57,168 bases of DNA from a virus (IMGVR_UViG_3300021976_000017:1-57168), one strand, 5' to 3'; shown: positions 45,815 through 56,405, numbered from the stretch's first letter. A program made the numbers and translations. Notes: generated from the sequence alone by a model not told the origin.

Positions 45815-46520
45815 CGGTCCCCTTCCGTCGTGGTCTTCCACTTCTCGGCGAGCCTCGCGAGACGCTGATCGTGTTTGCGTGTTTCGCCGGGGCGTGGGAG
45901 TGGTTTCGGTTTCGGTGCTCGGGCGTTGCCGCCGCGCTGCCAGTTCGCGGCCTGCAAGACGTCGACGATCAACGCCAGTAGGTGTTCCTGGTCGCCCCAC
46001 GCGGACGCGTCCGGATCGGGGTCAAGCGCCCGCATCAGCGCTGAGCCCGGGGGGAGGTGGCGGAGGATCACGTCCAGGCGCCGCCACGACAACTCGCCCC
46101 GCCACACATCCAGCAGGTCAACCGGCGACGGAAGGGTCAGCAGGTCGTACTCGATTTCCTCGTGGTACTCACGTACGAGTGCCGCGAGGGTCAGGAGTTT
46201 CCCGAGCCCCGGGCGGCGGCGTAGGCGTCCATGAACTCGGTGATGACTTTCTCGCCGTTCTCCATCGCGTGCCGCGCTAGCAGCATCTGGTACTGCGCGG
46301 GGCCGAGCAGCGACGCGACGATGTCGGTGTCGCCGCCGCGCTGCATCGCGTTGCGGAATATCAACGTCTGCGTCGCGTCCGGGCCGATCTCGTAGTCGAA
46401 CCCGCCGTAAGGGACGGTGAAACCACCCTTGTCCTCGGTGGCTTCAGCGACCGCGGCATCAGTCGGGGTCTTCGGGGGCGTCGTCTTCCGGGGCGTGGCC
46501 TTACGGGGCTGTGCAGGCAT
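45811..46520 (-). CDS. Tail assembly chaperones G (46191..46520) and G-T via -1 frameshift
   Basis: Slippery GGGAAAC at 46203-46197; the -1 frame is open into ORF 45811..46107. Confidence 0.85.
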
Positions 46521-46612
46521 GCGTGGAGTGCCTCTCTACGGGGTGGGTGCGTGGATTCAGGGAGTTGGAGCGGCGGGGCAGGCTCCACGCGCCCACCCCG
46601 CCGCCGTCGTAG

Positions 46613-47500
46613 TTAGACGAACAGGCCAGAGCCGCGGGCCGGGTCGTCGTTCAGGTTGTAGAAGGCGTTCCCCAACGCATCCGGGTACGGAGTGCAGGTG
46701 AACTCGAACCCGGTGATGTCCGTACCGGCGAGGGTCACGTCGCCGGTCTGCACGGCTTCCGCGTTCGGCAGCAGGATCCGCTCGTGCACGGGCAGGTCGA
46801 CCGCGTCGATGACGAACTGCCGCAGATTCCGGCCCACGAACGGCGGGACGGCCAGGGTGTTGGTGCCGTTCACGCCGGGGGTGCCCGTCGCGACCGACGC
46901 GGCCGGTGTGGTGCCGCCGGTGAACGCCGTCGTGACCGTCATCTGCCCGATGTTCCCCAGCGACACCGGGAAGGTGCAGACGTAGGAGCTGCCCGCCGTG
47001 CCCGTCACGGTCACGGTGCCGCCGACGAGCGTGGTGAGCGCGGCCGCCACCGCCGCCGTGGTCGGCAACGACGCGCCAGCAGTGAGCGCAGGCGTCGACC
47101 CGAACCCCGGCACGCTCAGGGTGAACGTGCCACCCGTCGGCGAGCCGGTGATCGTGACCGTCTGCACCTCCGCCGTCCCACCGATCGTGACCGGGGTGGA
47201 CGTCGGGAACCGGAGCCCCTGCACCACGGCGTTGTTCTCGATCGCGATGAACTTGAACGGGTGCTCCCACTGCGAGCGCAGCGTCCGGACGACGCCGCCG
47301 CCCTGCCACGCGTACTTCTTCGTCTCGTTGTAGGACTGGGTTTCCGTCATGCCCGTCTCGTCGATGAACCCGACGTCATAGAACCCCGCGGCGACCGCCT
47401 GCGGGTACGGCAGCGTCGGCGGCGCCACCCCCAACGCTGCGGTGTAGATGCGCTGCAGGATGTCTCCGTAGGCGCGGATGTTGTTGGTGTTGATTGCCAT
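46613..47500 (-). CDS. Major tail protein with inserted beta domain
   Basis: DVGFIDETG, AWQGG..VR, YPD; position. Confidence 0.85.
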   Translation of the reverse strand: MAINTNNIRAYGDILQRIYTAALGVAPPTLPYPQAVAAGFYDVGFIDETGMTETQSYNETKKYAWQGGGVVRTLRSQWEHPFKFIAIENNAVVQGLRFPTSTPVTIGGTAEVQTVTITGSPTGGTFTLSVPGFGSTPALTAGASLPTTAAVAAALTTLVGGTVTVTGTAGSSYVCTFPVSLGNIGQMTVTTAFTGGTTPAASVATGTPGVNGTNTLAVPPFVGRNLRQFVIDAVDLPVHERILLPNAEAVQTGDVTLAGTDITGFEFTCTPYPDALGNAFYNLNDDPARGSGLFV

Positions 47501-47614
47501 CGTCGTTGCTCCTTCACCAAAGGGCGGTGGGGTTGGGAGCCGACGGCAGCGTGGATGCCGAGGGCGTGGGTTGGAGCCCCAACCGGAGACCGGAGGAGCC
47601 GAAATGTGTTGCGG

Positions 47615-47992
47615 TTACGCGGGTTCCAGATCCTTCAAATAGACCTGGTGGATCGCGCCGTAACGGCGCACGTTCGGGTTGTCGTACGGGCGCCAAGACG
47701 GAACCGAGGGGCGGACGTGGGTGACGACGGACCCGCTGATCTGGCCGCGCATCCGATACGTCAGCGCGTCGCTCACGTCCCCGGCGAGGTCACGCGCGGC
47801 GTCCCTCGTGGCGGCGTAGCACTCGACGTCCACAGTCGGCCGGGCCAGCACCAACTTCCGCGGCCCCCCGAGGCCCCGCACCTTGATCAGCGGCAGGTTC
47901 GCTTCAAGATCCGCTGGGATCTCCGTGACGACCCGGGCACCGGGGAACTCGGCGTCGAGGAAGTCACGGGTGACCTTCTCTTCGCTGATCAT
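47615..47992 (-). CDS. Tail terminator
   Basis: V.TE.P...LP.I.V...GG, VDVECYA. Confidence 0.7.
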   Translation of the reverse strand: MISEEKVTRDFLDAEFPGARVVTEIPADLEANLPLIKVRGLGGPRKLVLARPTVDVECYAATRDAARDLAGDVSDALTYRMRGQISGSVVTHVRPSVPSWRPYDNPNVRRYGAIHQVYLKDLEPA

Positions 47993-48336
47993 GAGCCGGC
48001 CGCCGCCTGCATCGCGTTCCAGATCGTGTGATGCGCCGGGGTGTTGCTGTTGCCGAACTCGACCGCGGCCGCGACGGAGAAGCCGTCCGGGGTGGTGTCG
48101 TCGTTCTCCAGGCGGCCGTAGGCGCGGTCGTGGTGGATTCCGCCGTGCGTGCCGCTGGAGACGGAGAACCGTTCGTTGTAGTGCTGCCCGTCCGGGTCAG
48201 CCGGGTCGAACGGGGCGGTCGCCTGAGCGATGCCCTTACCACGCTCGGCGATTGACGCCATGTGCGCTTCCATCCAGGCAGAGTTCAGGACGTGCTCCCC
48301 GAACGCGGCGTAGTCGAGGTGGTACCGGACCGCCAT
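47989..48336 (-). CDS. HK97 gp10-like neck protein
   Basis: AP.D, AVEFG motif. Confidence 0.7.
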   Translation of the reverse strand: MAVRYHLDYAAFGEHVLNSAWMEAHMASIAERGKGIAQATAPFDPADPDGQHYNERFSVSSGTHGGIHHDRAYGRLENDDTTPDGFSVAAAVEFGNSNTPAHHTIWNAMQAAAGS

Positions 48337-48339
48337 GGC

Positions 48340-48669
48340 TCACCCCGTCACTCTCTTCAGCGGCACCACGACACCGGCGTTCCAGCCGGTGAAGGGCGAG
48401 TTCCACACGTTCGCGACCCCGTCGACCTCGTACCGCAAACCCCGGACCATGACAGCGTCCACGGATCCGACGACCGTGCCGGCGGGGAGGAGCACCTGCG
48501 GTTGCGAGGAGACTTGATCCATGCCGCCCGTGCGCTCGAACCCGATCGCCGGATCGAACGCACCGACCACCTCCGACGTCGTTTCGCCGTAGACGTCGTT
48601 GCCGTCGACGTCCTCGCCGGTGACGCCGCGGCGGATGAGAGTGATCGTCTCCCCGTGGGGGAAGTTCAC
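48340..48669 (-). CDS. Head-to-tail stopper
   Basis: D.V.VRG..YEVDG...W.SPFTG. Confidence 0.75.
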   Translation of the reverse strand: MNFPHGETITLIRRGVTGEDVDGNDVYGETTSEVVGAFDPAIGFERTGGMDQVSSQPQVLLPAGTVVGSVDAVMVRGLRYEVDGVANVWNSPFTGWNAGVVVPLKRVTG

Positions 48670-49202
48670 TCGACACCGGTTCCGGGTGCGATGTCCTCGA
48701 CGATGAACGGCTTGCCGAGGCCGGACTGCCCGATGCTGCGGTAGGCGGGGACCAGGATCTTCGGCCTGGGCACCCGGTACCGGAACGACGACGCCACCGC
48801 AGCTGGCACAGCCGGCCGCAGCTGGTCAATGTCCGACTCGGTCACCTGGATAGCGCCGCGCACGTCGGACCCGGTCTTGTCGTACCGGTTCACATACGTA
48901 CCGGAGCGGCTGAACGGCCCCGCCGCCTCACTGGAGGACGCGAAGCCGTCCTGGTTGACCAGGAACCGTTTCACGATCTGAGCGACCACGTCAGCCACCA
49001 CGGACGGGTCGAGCGCTGTCGGCGCTGCCGGGGTCGTCGCGAACAGAGCGATCCGCTCATCCAGGTTGAACGGGCAGACGTGGACCAGTTTCGCCGCTGC
49101 CTTCTCGATCAGGCTCGCCACCCGCTGTTCGTCTGCGGCGGTGTAGGACGACCAAAGGTCAGCGACGTCGCTCGCGTCCGCGAAGGGGTAGTAGCTGGTC
49201 AT
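48666..49202 (-). CDS. Head-to-tail adaptor
   Basis: FA...DV..LW, V.R...N.DG, AGPFS.S. Confidence 0.75.
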   Translation of the reverse strand: MTSYYPFADASDVADLWSSYTAADEQRVASLIEKAAAKLVHVCPFNLDERIALFATTPAAPTALDPSVVADVVAQIVKRFLVNQDGFASSSEAAGPFSRSGTYVNRYDKTGSDVRGAIQVTESDIDQLRPAVPAAVASSFRYRVPRPKILVPAYRSIGQSGLGKPFIVEDIAPGTGVE

Positions 49203-49221
49203 TGGCCGTCCTCCCATTCGG

Positions 49222-49563
49222 TCAGTCGACGGATTTACCGGCGTCGACGATGGCCTTGATGATCGGGTCGCGGGCGAACGGGACGCCGCTGATGTCCACC
49301 TCGATCGCGGCGGCGTAGGCGGCCCACGCCTCCTTGTTCGATCCCTTCCCGACCATCGGCGGCGGGGAGCCGTCCGGCGGTTGGTCGCCACTGTCGTCGG
49401 CTGGTTTCTCACCGTCGGCCGGGTAGGGATGTTCGCCGTCCTCGAAGCAGTGGGCGCCCATCTGCTTGGCCGCCCACTCCGGCACGTCATCGCCGGGGCT
49501 GAAGACGTTCTTCCCCCCCGGCGGGTAGTCGTGCACGTGAACCGTGCTGATCAGCGCGCCCAC
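49222..49563 (-). CDS. Small head-region protein
   Basis: PGDDVPEWA; G.GS..EAW.AYA. Confidence 0.7.
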   Translation of the reverse strand: MGALISTVHVHDYPPGGKNVFSPGDDVPEWAAKQMGAHCFEDGEHPYPADGEKPADDSGDQPPDGSPPPMVGKGSNKEAWAAYAAAIEVDISGVPFARDPIIKAIVDAGKSVD

Positions 49564-49565
49564 GG

Positions 49566-50612
49566 CTACGCCACCGTCGCGACGAGCAGCGCACGCGGGT
49601 TGACGAGCGCCGGGATCCCGACGGCGTCAACGAACGTGTACGACCGGAAGGGTGGGCCGTCCTTGATGACGACCCCGACGATGCCGGGGGCGTTCTCGAA
49701 GGACAGATCCACCTCGGCGGAGCTGACCAACTCCAGAGCGGTCGCCGACACACCCCACGCGGTGTACCCGAGGTTGTTCATCGGGTCCGGCGGGACCATC
49801 ACCAGCTTGTTGTCGGGGAACGTCCGGGTGAACGTGCCGTCGACGTCGACCTGCGAGTCGTAGGGCGGCAGCAGCGTCGGCAGGCCGAAGTCGGACAGGA
49901 CGCTGTTCAGCTGCGACGGAGACACCCGTGACGGCGCGCCGACGAGGCTGGAGAACATGTTCCGGATCGACACGTTGTTCAGCAGGTAGTTCATGATCCG
50001 CAGCGACGGCTGCATCTGAGCGGGCCGGAACCCGTTCAGCAGCGTCGTCGCGTAGGCCTGCACCCACGTGATCAGGTCGCTGATCGGCAGCGAGTTCGTG
50101 GTGTCCGACCACAGCGTGCCGGCCGTGACCGAGTTCCCCGCCGGCAGACCGAAGTCGGCCTCCAGCAGACCCTCCGAGGTGAGCATCGTGAACTTGCCGT
50201 CGTTGAGGACGTCGCCTCGGGCCAGTTCCATGCGCCGCTGGACGTTCTGCGTGAGGTCGGTCGCGTCGTTGTAGATCGCGTCGACGAACGCGGCCTGGTT
50301 CGTGCCGCCGGTGCGGGCGTACTCCAGCTGGAGCCGCTCGAGCTCACCCATGCCGAGGCTGTCGGACAGGGGCGGCAGCTTCACGACGCTGGTCGACGCG
50401 GTGTCTCGCTGCGCGACGTGCAATGGACCGTCGAACATCCGGAACCGGGCGGTGCGGCCCGTCTTGGTGATGTTGCCGAAGTCGATCCGGTTGGAGTTGA
50501 CCAGCTTGTCGGGCAGCAGCTGGTTCAGGGTCAAACTGTTGGGCAGCGGCACCTCCCGCACGAAGACCGTCAGGTCATCGGGCAGGACCGGGCCGTCGAA
50601 GACGATAGCCAT
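49566..50612 (-). CDS. Major capsid protein (lambda E-like)
   Basis: A.FR.FD, LPPLS, RMELARG..L..GK; position. Confidence 0.9.
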   Translation of the reverse strand: MAIVFDGPVLPDDLTVFVREVPLPNSLTLNQLLPDKLVNSNRIDFGNITKTGRTARFRMFDGPLHVAQRDTASTSVVKLPPLSDSLGMGELERLQLEYARTGGTNQAAFVDAIYNDATDLTQNVQRRMELARGDVLNDGKFTMLTSEGLLEADFGLPAGNSVTAGTLWSDTTNSLPISDLITWVQAYATTLLNGFRPAQMQPSLRIMNYLLNNVSIRNMFSSLVGAPSRVSPSQLNSVLSDFGLPTLLPPYDSQVDVDGTFTRTFPDNKLVMVPPDPMNNLGYTAWGVSATALELVSSAEVDLSFENAPGIVGVVIKDGPPFRSYTFVDAVGIPALVNPRALLVATVA

Positions 50613-50636
50613 GATGCATGTGTCCTTTCAGGCCGG

Positions 50637-51368
50637 TCAGGCGGCGAAGTAGATGAGGGGAAGCGCGGTCTTGGCGGCCGCGTCGATGTACCCGCCGGCG
50701 GGGGCGGTCGTCGGCGTGAACGGCAGCTTCGACTGCGAGACGACGCCGTGGACGCGGTACGCGCACCCGACCTTCGCCTTCACCGCGCCGTTGATTTGCA
50801 GCACCTGCACGGACGCCTTGAGGATCCCCACCGCGGTCTGCGTGCCGTCGGAGGCTGCGGCGCCGCCGGCGGTCACCGTCGCGACGGTGACCGTGCCGGT
50901 GCCGCCGGTCGGGGTGGCGGTCATCTGCGCGACGTTCGTCTCGGCGAGAGTGCCGACGAACGACACCGTGTAGGGGCCGCCGTTCGCGCCGGTCACCGTG
51001 ACGTTCCCGGCGCCGATGTTGGACAGCGCGGCCAGCGCCGTCTGGACCTGCGCTGCGGTCGCGGCCGCGGCGAGCGAGCCAGTCGTCTGCCCGGAGTAGG
51101 TCAGGGTGAACGACGTCAGACCTGAGCCGCCTTCGGTGACGGACTGGACCTCGTTGCTGAGCCCCGAGTACGGGGCGAGCAGCCCGCTCGCGGTGATCAG
51201 CCCGAGGGCGGTGCCGGACGGGATGTACCCGTTCGGGTAGTGCTGAGCCTGGGTGAACGCAGCGACCGACAGGGTGCCCTGCTGGTCGAACCCGCCGTGG
51301 GGCGGGGTGAGGTCCCAGGCGAGGTTCTCCGCCTGGAATGGCTGCGTGAAGACTGAGATGTCGGTCAT
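50637..51368 (-). CDS. Head decoration protein with inserted beta domain
   Basis: HYPNGYIPSGT.LG..TASGL..PY, HG.V...KLP. Confidence 0.8.
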   Translation of the reverse strand: MTDISVFTQPFQAENLAWDLTPPHGGFDQQGTLSVAAFTQAQHYPNGYIPSGTALGLITASGLLAPYSGLSNEVQSVTEGGSGLTSFTLTYSGQTTGSLAAAATAAQVQTALAALSNIGAGNVTVTGANGGPYTVSFVGTLAETNVAQMTATPTGGTGTVTVATVTAGGAAASDGTQTAVGILKASVQVLQINGAVKAKVGCAYRVHGVVSQSKLPFTPTTAPAGGYIDAAAKTALPLIYFAA

Positions 51369-51413
51369 GGCCGACGTCCTTTCCGTCGTTGAGTTGGGAG
51401 TCGGCCCGAAGCG

Positions 51414-52109
51414 TCAGGACCCGGTCTTTTTTCCGAACCGCTTCTCGGCTGCAGCCCGGCCCGCTTCACCGGGCTTGGGCTGCGCCTGCTGCTGGTTCCC
51501 CTGCCCCAAGTTGCGGGGCGGTGCCGTCTTACCGTTGCCGCCGCCCGCCGGGGCGAATGCGGCGACCTTCTTCTCGACCTTCTCCTCGTCCACGTCACCT
51601 TTCGGGGTGAGGTATTTGGACAGGTCGAGGTCCTCTAGCAGCGCGGTCAGCTGATCCGCGCTGAGCACACCTTTCGCGGCGGCCTTGAACTCCGAGCGGA
51701 CGACCCGCGGAGCCCACTCGCCGGTGACTTTGCCCTGCTCCTCGTCGCGGGCGGCCTTCACGGCTTTCTCGCCATCGGAGGCGAGCTGGGCCTCGAGCGC
51801 GTCGTGCTTGGCGGCCTTCGCCTTGACGTCGTCGTAGTCGGCGAATTTCGCCCGTTCGCGGGCGAGTCGGGACTCGACGATCTTGTCGAGGTCGGCTTGG
51901 CTGCCGGGCGGTGTGTAGGCCGCGGCCGCGTCGGCTGCGGCTTTGGCTGCAGCGTCAGATGCGGCCTTCGCCGCGGCTGCCTGAGCGGCTGCGTCCGAGC
52001 TTTCCTCACCCCCGAGGATCGGCCACACCGGGCGGCCTTTGACGATCCCGACCGCACGCAGTCCGGTGCGGGGGTGGGTGGGCAGGGTGCAGTGCAGTAC
52101 GTGATGCAT
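51414..52109 (-). CDS. Scaffolding protein
   Basis: QADLD.IV..RLARER.KF.DYD..K.KA. Confidence 0.8.
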   Translation of the reverse strand: MHHVLHCTLPTHPRTGLRAVGIVKGRPVWPILGGEESSDAAAQAAAAKAASDAAAKAAADAAAAYTPPGSQADLDKIVESRLARERAKFADYDDVKAKAAKHDALEAQLASDGEKAVKAARDEEQGKVTGEWAPRVVRSEFKAAAKGVLSADQLTALLEDLDLSKYLTPKGDVDEEKVEKKVAAFAPAGGGNGKTAPPRNLGQGNQQQAQPKPGEAGRAAAEKRFGKKTGS

Positions 52110-52183
52110 GTGGTGTCTCTCCCGTGAGCCCGTCGGCGTAGATCCCGGCCTTGGACGCGGCCGTAGCGTTCCGTGCAACCCGC

Positions 52184-53290
52184 CTATGCGGCGGTGGTCA
52201 GGTCGACAGCGAGCTGCTGCCGCAGGTCGGCGATCCGCGCGTCGAGCGCGTCGGCGTACCGGCTCCACTTCTTCGGGTCAGCCCCGGCGAGCGCGTGCGC
52301 CTTGTCTTGGGCGCTCAGTTCGCCAGCAAGGATCCGTTCGATGTCTTGCCGGGTCCGCTCCAGGCTCTTCGGTTCCGGCCGCTTGGTGGCCCGCTCAGCC
52401 TGTTTCGCGGTGCGGAACTTCCCGTCGGTCAGCACAGGTCCCAACTCACCATGCTCGTCGATCTTGTACCGGCTGCGTTTCAGGTCCACGGCGCCGGTTG
52501 AGCCGGCCCGGTTGTAGAGGGTCTTCAGGTCGAGGTTGTTCAGCCCCGACCCGGGATCGAGGCTGCCGACGATCGGGAGGACGGTGCATTCGCAGCGTCC
52601 GTGGATCGCCTTCAGATCCTCCACCTGGTAGATCCGGTCTGACGCGGCGATGCACAGCCCGCACGTGCCGCCCTTGGACAGTTCGGGGTGGATCACCCGC
52701 CGGTACCCGCGGATGTCGCGCCGGTCCTGATGCTCGGTCAGCACCTGGTGGGTTTGGGCCCGATCCGCGAGCTGCATGTCCATGTCGGCGACCGCGGTGA
52801 CCCGGTTGACCGCCGCCTCACGAGGAACGATCAGAGCGTCCGGGTTCAGCGGCGCCCCGTCGACCAGGGCCGTGCCCCCGTCGACCAACGCCGTGGCGAG
52901 GCTGCGGGCGAACGCGTCGAGTTGGGCCTGCTGCCACCGGTACGTGTCCGCCGCCCGCCCGTAGGCGCCGGCGTGGGTGACGCCGGTGCGGAGGTCCGCG
53001 ACGTTCACCCGCCCGATCGGGCGGATCCGGCCGCCGACCATCAGCGACAGCGCCCGGGCGAGGTACGCGTCGGTGGATTGGGCCTGGGCCCGCTGCAACG
53101 CCTGCAGCCGTTTCGCGAGGTCGGTGGCCCATTCGGTGATGCGGCCGTGGTCATACCAGGCGGTGAATGACCGTGCTGCCTGCCCGGCGAGTGCCTTGGC
53201 CTGCGCGGTGAGGGCCGCCCGGGCGGCGGCCTGCGCCGCGACCAGCGTCGCTATCTGCGCCGCTGCCTGCTCATCCGCCTGGGTTGGCAT
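52184..53290 (-). CDS. Capsid maturation / MuF-like minor head protein
   Basis: GYRRVIHPELS.GG.CGLC..ASDR.Y, H.RC.C.V.P. Confidence 0.75.
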   Translation of the reverse strand: MPTQADEQAAAQIATLVAAQAAARAALTAQAKALAGQAARSFTAWYDHGRITEWATDLAKRLQALQRAQAQSTDAYLARALSLMVGGRIRPIGRVNVADLRTGVTHAGAYGRAADTYRWQQAQLDAFARSLATALVDGGTALVDGAPLNPDALIVPREAAVNRVTAVADMDMQLADRAQTHQVLTEHQDRRDIRGYRRVIHPELSKGGTCGLCIAASDRIYQVEDLKAIHGRCECTVLPIVGSLDPGSGLNNLDLKTLYNRAGSTGAVDLKRSRYKIDEHGELGPVLTDGKFRTAKQAERATKRPEPKSLERTRQDIERILAGELSAQDKAHALAGADPKKWSRYADALDARIADLRQQLAVDLTTAA

Positions 53291-54728
53291 TCGCGTTCAC
53301 GCTCGCTAGGCCGTACTGCTGGTCGAGGATGAAGTCGTCGGTCAGCTCCGACATGGCCCGGTCGGCCTGCGCCGGGTCCATACCCCAAATCTCGGTGAGC
53401 TGCTGGTAGCGGGGGATGACACCCTTGGTTTGCGCGATCGCGCTGGCCCGCTCGGTCATGGAATACCGCTCGGCCGGCGCCCACATCATCTCGATCGTCC
53501 CCGGCTGGGACCGTTCGACGTCGCCGAGGGTCTTGAAGATCAGTTCGGAGGCGAGGTCGTGGGCCGGCTCGAACCGGTCCTGCCGGGATTCGACCTTGAA
53601 CGTGGTCTGCTCCCGCTGCAGCGACGCCGCCTCAGCGGACGCGTTCGGGGCGTCCGGAGCGGCCAGGTACGCCGGCGTGCCGGACGTGCCGTAGAGGTCT
53701 TTCACGTCGTCGCGGATCGCCATCAGGATGCTGGACATGTCGACCTGACCCGACTCCCAGATCTCCACCGACGCCGGGATGTTCCACACCGCTCCCGGGT
53801 CGGCGACGAAGATCTGGTCGTAGTCGATGACTTCGCCGGTGTCGGGGTCGGTCTTCGGGAGGCCTTTGAACGCCCGCTGCTTGAACGCCTGGATCGTGGC
53901 GATCGTCATCCGCTGCAGGATCTGCTGGTTTATCCGGTCGATCTGGGAGATGAACGGCTCGAACTCCGACTTGCCGTCCTCGTTGACGAACGGCACCACC
54001 GGCACCAGGCCGTCGATGTTGCCTTCGCCGTCGGTCTCGGCGAGCCACTCGATCGGACCCGACGCGCCCTGGTGGATCACGTCGCCGAGGGAGCTGAGGA
54101 TGTTCACGTCCCACGTGTAGGCGGCGGGGTTGAACCTCACGTCCGACGACCCTGGGGCCCGTTTCCGGGGCTTCTTCGCGACCATCAGCCGACCCGGCAG
54201 ATACAGGTAGGCGACGTCGGCCTGCTCCACGTCGTCGTGGAACAGCTTCAACGCGGCCAGCACCTTGTACGGGTTCGCCGGGTCGGTGATCGCTGTGACG
54301 AGCCGCGGGTCCTCAGCGGTGACGAGGAGGTTCCCGTCGTCGTCTTTCCCTACGATCAGATACGCCAGCGACATCGCGAGGGCCATCTTGTGGACATCGA
54401 GCGTGAACAGCTTCCCCCGCGCGCGGCGCCACGTCGTGAACGCGTCAGCGTCGCCGCCCTCATCGGAGTCGACGGCGGTCCGGATGCCGCGGATCCGCAG
54501 TCGCGACAGCACCGCGTTGACGATGACCCGCTCGAAGTTCGTCCGAGATTTCTCCACGAACCACTTCACCGCGGACCGCTGAATGTCGGAGACGAACGGC
54601 AGCGGCGAGTTCCCCTCGAACCGTGACTGCAACTCCTGGCAACGTCTCTGCTGCACACGCAGCTGCGTGTACAGCCGGTCCAGCCACCACGCGTCGGAGT
54701 AGGGGACGTCGGTGCCTTCGATCGCCAT
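53271..54728 (-). CDS. Portal protein (SPP1 gp6-like)
   Basis: Size and position; VPVVPF.N..G.SEFE..I..IDRIN. Confidence 0.9.
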   Translation of the reverse strand: MAIEGTDVPYSDAWWLDRLYTQLRVQQRRCQELQSRFEGNSPLPFVSDIQRSAVKWFVEKSRTNFERVIVNAVLSRLRIRGIRTAVDSDEGGDADAFTTWRRARGKLFTLDVHKMALAMSLAYLIVGKDDDGNLLVTAEDPRLVTAITDPANPYKVLAALKLFHDDVEQADVAYLYLPGRLMVAKKPRKRAPGSSDVRFNPAAYTWDVNILSSLGDVIHQGASGPIEWLAETDGEGNIDGLVPVVPFVNEDGKSEFEPFISQIDRINQQILQRMTIATIQAFKQRAFKGLPKTDPDTGEVIDYDQIFVADPGAVWNIPASVEIWESGQVDMSSILMAIRDDVKDLYGTSGTPAYLAAPDAPNASAEAASLQREQTTFKVESRQDRFEPAHDLASELIFKTLGDVERSQPGTIEMMWAPAERYSMTERASAIAQTKGVIPRYQQLTEIWGMDPAQADRAMSELTDDFILDQQYGLASVNANANPGG

Positions 54729-54737
54729 GCGGCCCTC

Positions 54738-56405
54738 CTACCTGATTCTGTATGGCACGAACTCGGCCAGCTTGCGGGGCTTCGCGTCCGTGCGGATCGC
54801 CTCGAGCCGCGCCTGCCAGGACAGGCAGCCGGCCATCGCGTTGTCGAACTTGCGGTCCTGGTGGATCTTCTGCAGGACGAACAGCCGACGGCCTTTGTCT
54901 TTATCGGCGTCGTCGTAGATCTCGACGTTCTTCCGTCCCGCTGCGGCGATGTGCCGGTCGAACGCCGCGTCGAGATCCAGAACCTCACCGCGCTGGTCTG
55001 CGCGGACGACGTGGGTGACGCTGCGGGTGTCCATCGCCTCGTGGTACTCGCGGACCGCGATCGCCATGGCCCGGAGCCGGTTCGTCCACCACTCCTCGAA
55101 CTGATCCGGCCACCGGGCGGACCATGACCCGAACGTCTCCGTCCAGTGCGGCGGGTCACCGAAGCACACCCACATGTCGAACGTTTGGGTGATCTGCTCG
55201 AACGCCGCGGTGACCTCAGCCTCGTCGATCTCCCACACGTCGACGTCGACCGGCCGCTCCCATGTCGCCCACAGCTGCTGCTTCCCGGTCGGGATGTCGG
55301 TGAGCACGATCCCAGTGGAGTCACGGAACCGGGCGCCGTCGAACCCGGCGGTGACGAACGACCCCGGGGCGATCGGCTCGGCAACGGCCAGCTCGGCCCA
55401 CCGTTTCACGTCGAACGCCTGCGCACCCGACCGCAGCCACCGGTTCAGCCACACCCGCTCGAGGTAGTTCTTGTCGGCCTTCGGGCGGTCCCACTGCTTC
55501 GCGATCGAATAGAACTGGCCCGGGCCGTACTCGCCGGCCGCCCCGGTCGCTTCCTTCACCGCCGCGACCCGGCCTTCGATGCTCACCAGGTCATGCCCGG
55601 GGGAGGCGTCACGGTGGAGGTAGAACAGCTGCGGGTCGTCGATCTCACCGCGGTGGATCAGCTCCGCCTCGTGATGCAAACCCTCCGCGACGCTGTCCTG
55701 CCCCGGTTCCCCCGCGGTGCCGACATACATGCCCCACGGGTCTTCCAGGACCCGCTTCTCCAGGTTCGCGACCATCGTCTCGTGCGCGCTGACCTGCCGA
55801 GGCAGATACAGGCGGTGCGGCTCGTCGAACCCCTGGAACGTGGTCCGGGCGCCGTCCCGCGCGCCGGGCGAGTTCGACAGCGGCACACACTTCCCGTCCG
55901 CCGCCCCCGTCGGGCCGAGCCGCACGATCCGATCCAACGTCGCATCGAACAGGTCAGCGTCCGGGCCCTCCGTGCAGAACACGTACAGCGCGCCGTAGGC
56001 GAGCTCCTCGACCTGCTCCACCGTGACCGCGAGCAACGGAATGTACGGGTCCCGCACCGGCCGGCCGACCGGGTTACCCGACGAGTCGAACCCGTCGCAC
56101 CGCACCGGGGCGTCCGGATGCAGCTCGGCGAACGCGACCTGCCCCAGCTTCTCCGTCTTGGCCAGGCCCTTCCGGACCGAAATCCCGACCCGCTTGAACC
56201 GGCGCCGGCCAGCCCACTGATGCCCCCGCGGGTACACCTCATACGCCCGGTACAGCGACGCCCGGAACTCCGAATCAACCTTGTACGGCTGACCCTTCAA
56301 CGACCCCGGCCCGAAGATCGACCGCTCCTCCAACAGATCCACAACCTGCGGCCCAAGCGTCGGCCACGGCTCCTCATCCAAAGTCGGGACGACCAGCACC
56401 GACAT
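54738..56405 (-). CDS. Terminase large subunit
   Basis: RKG.AKTE, FDEPH Walker B, GFDG..F.DSTG nuclease, KFD.AMA. Confidence 0.92.
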   Translation of the reverse strand: MSVLVVPTLDEEPWPTLGPQVVDLLEERSIFGPGSLKGQPYKVDSEFRASLYRAYEVYPRGHQWAGRRRFKRVGISVRKGLAKTEKLGQVAFAELHPDAPVRCDGFDSSGNPVGRPVRDPYIPLLAVTVEQVEELAYGALYVFCTEGPDADLFDATLDRIVRLGPTGAADGKCVPLSNSPGARDGARTTFQGFDEPHRLYLPRQVSAHETMVANLEKRVLEDPWGMYVGTAGEPGQDSVAEGLHHEAELIHRGEIDDPQLFYLHRDASPGHDLVSIEGRVAAVKEATGAAGEYGPGQFYSIAKQWDRPKADKNYLERVWLNRWLRSGAQAFDVKRWAELAVAEPIAPGSFVTAGFDGARFRDSTGIVLTDIPTGKQQLWATWERPVDVDVWEIDEAEVTAAFEQITQTFDMWVCFGDPPHWTETFGSWSARWPDQFEEWWTNRLRAMAIAVREYHEAMDTRSVTHVVRADQRGEVLDLDAAFDRHIAAAGRKNVEIYDDADKDKGRRLFVLQKIHQDRKFDNAMAGCLSWQARLEAIRTDAKPRKLAEFVPYRIR

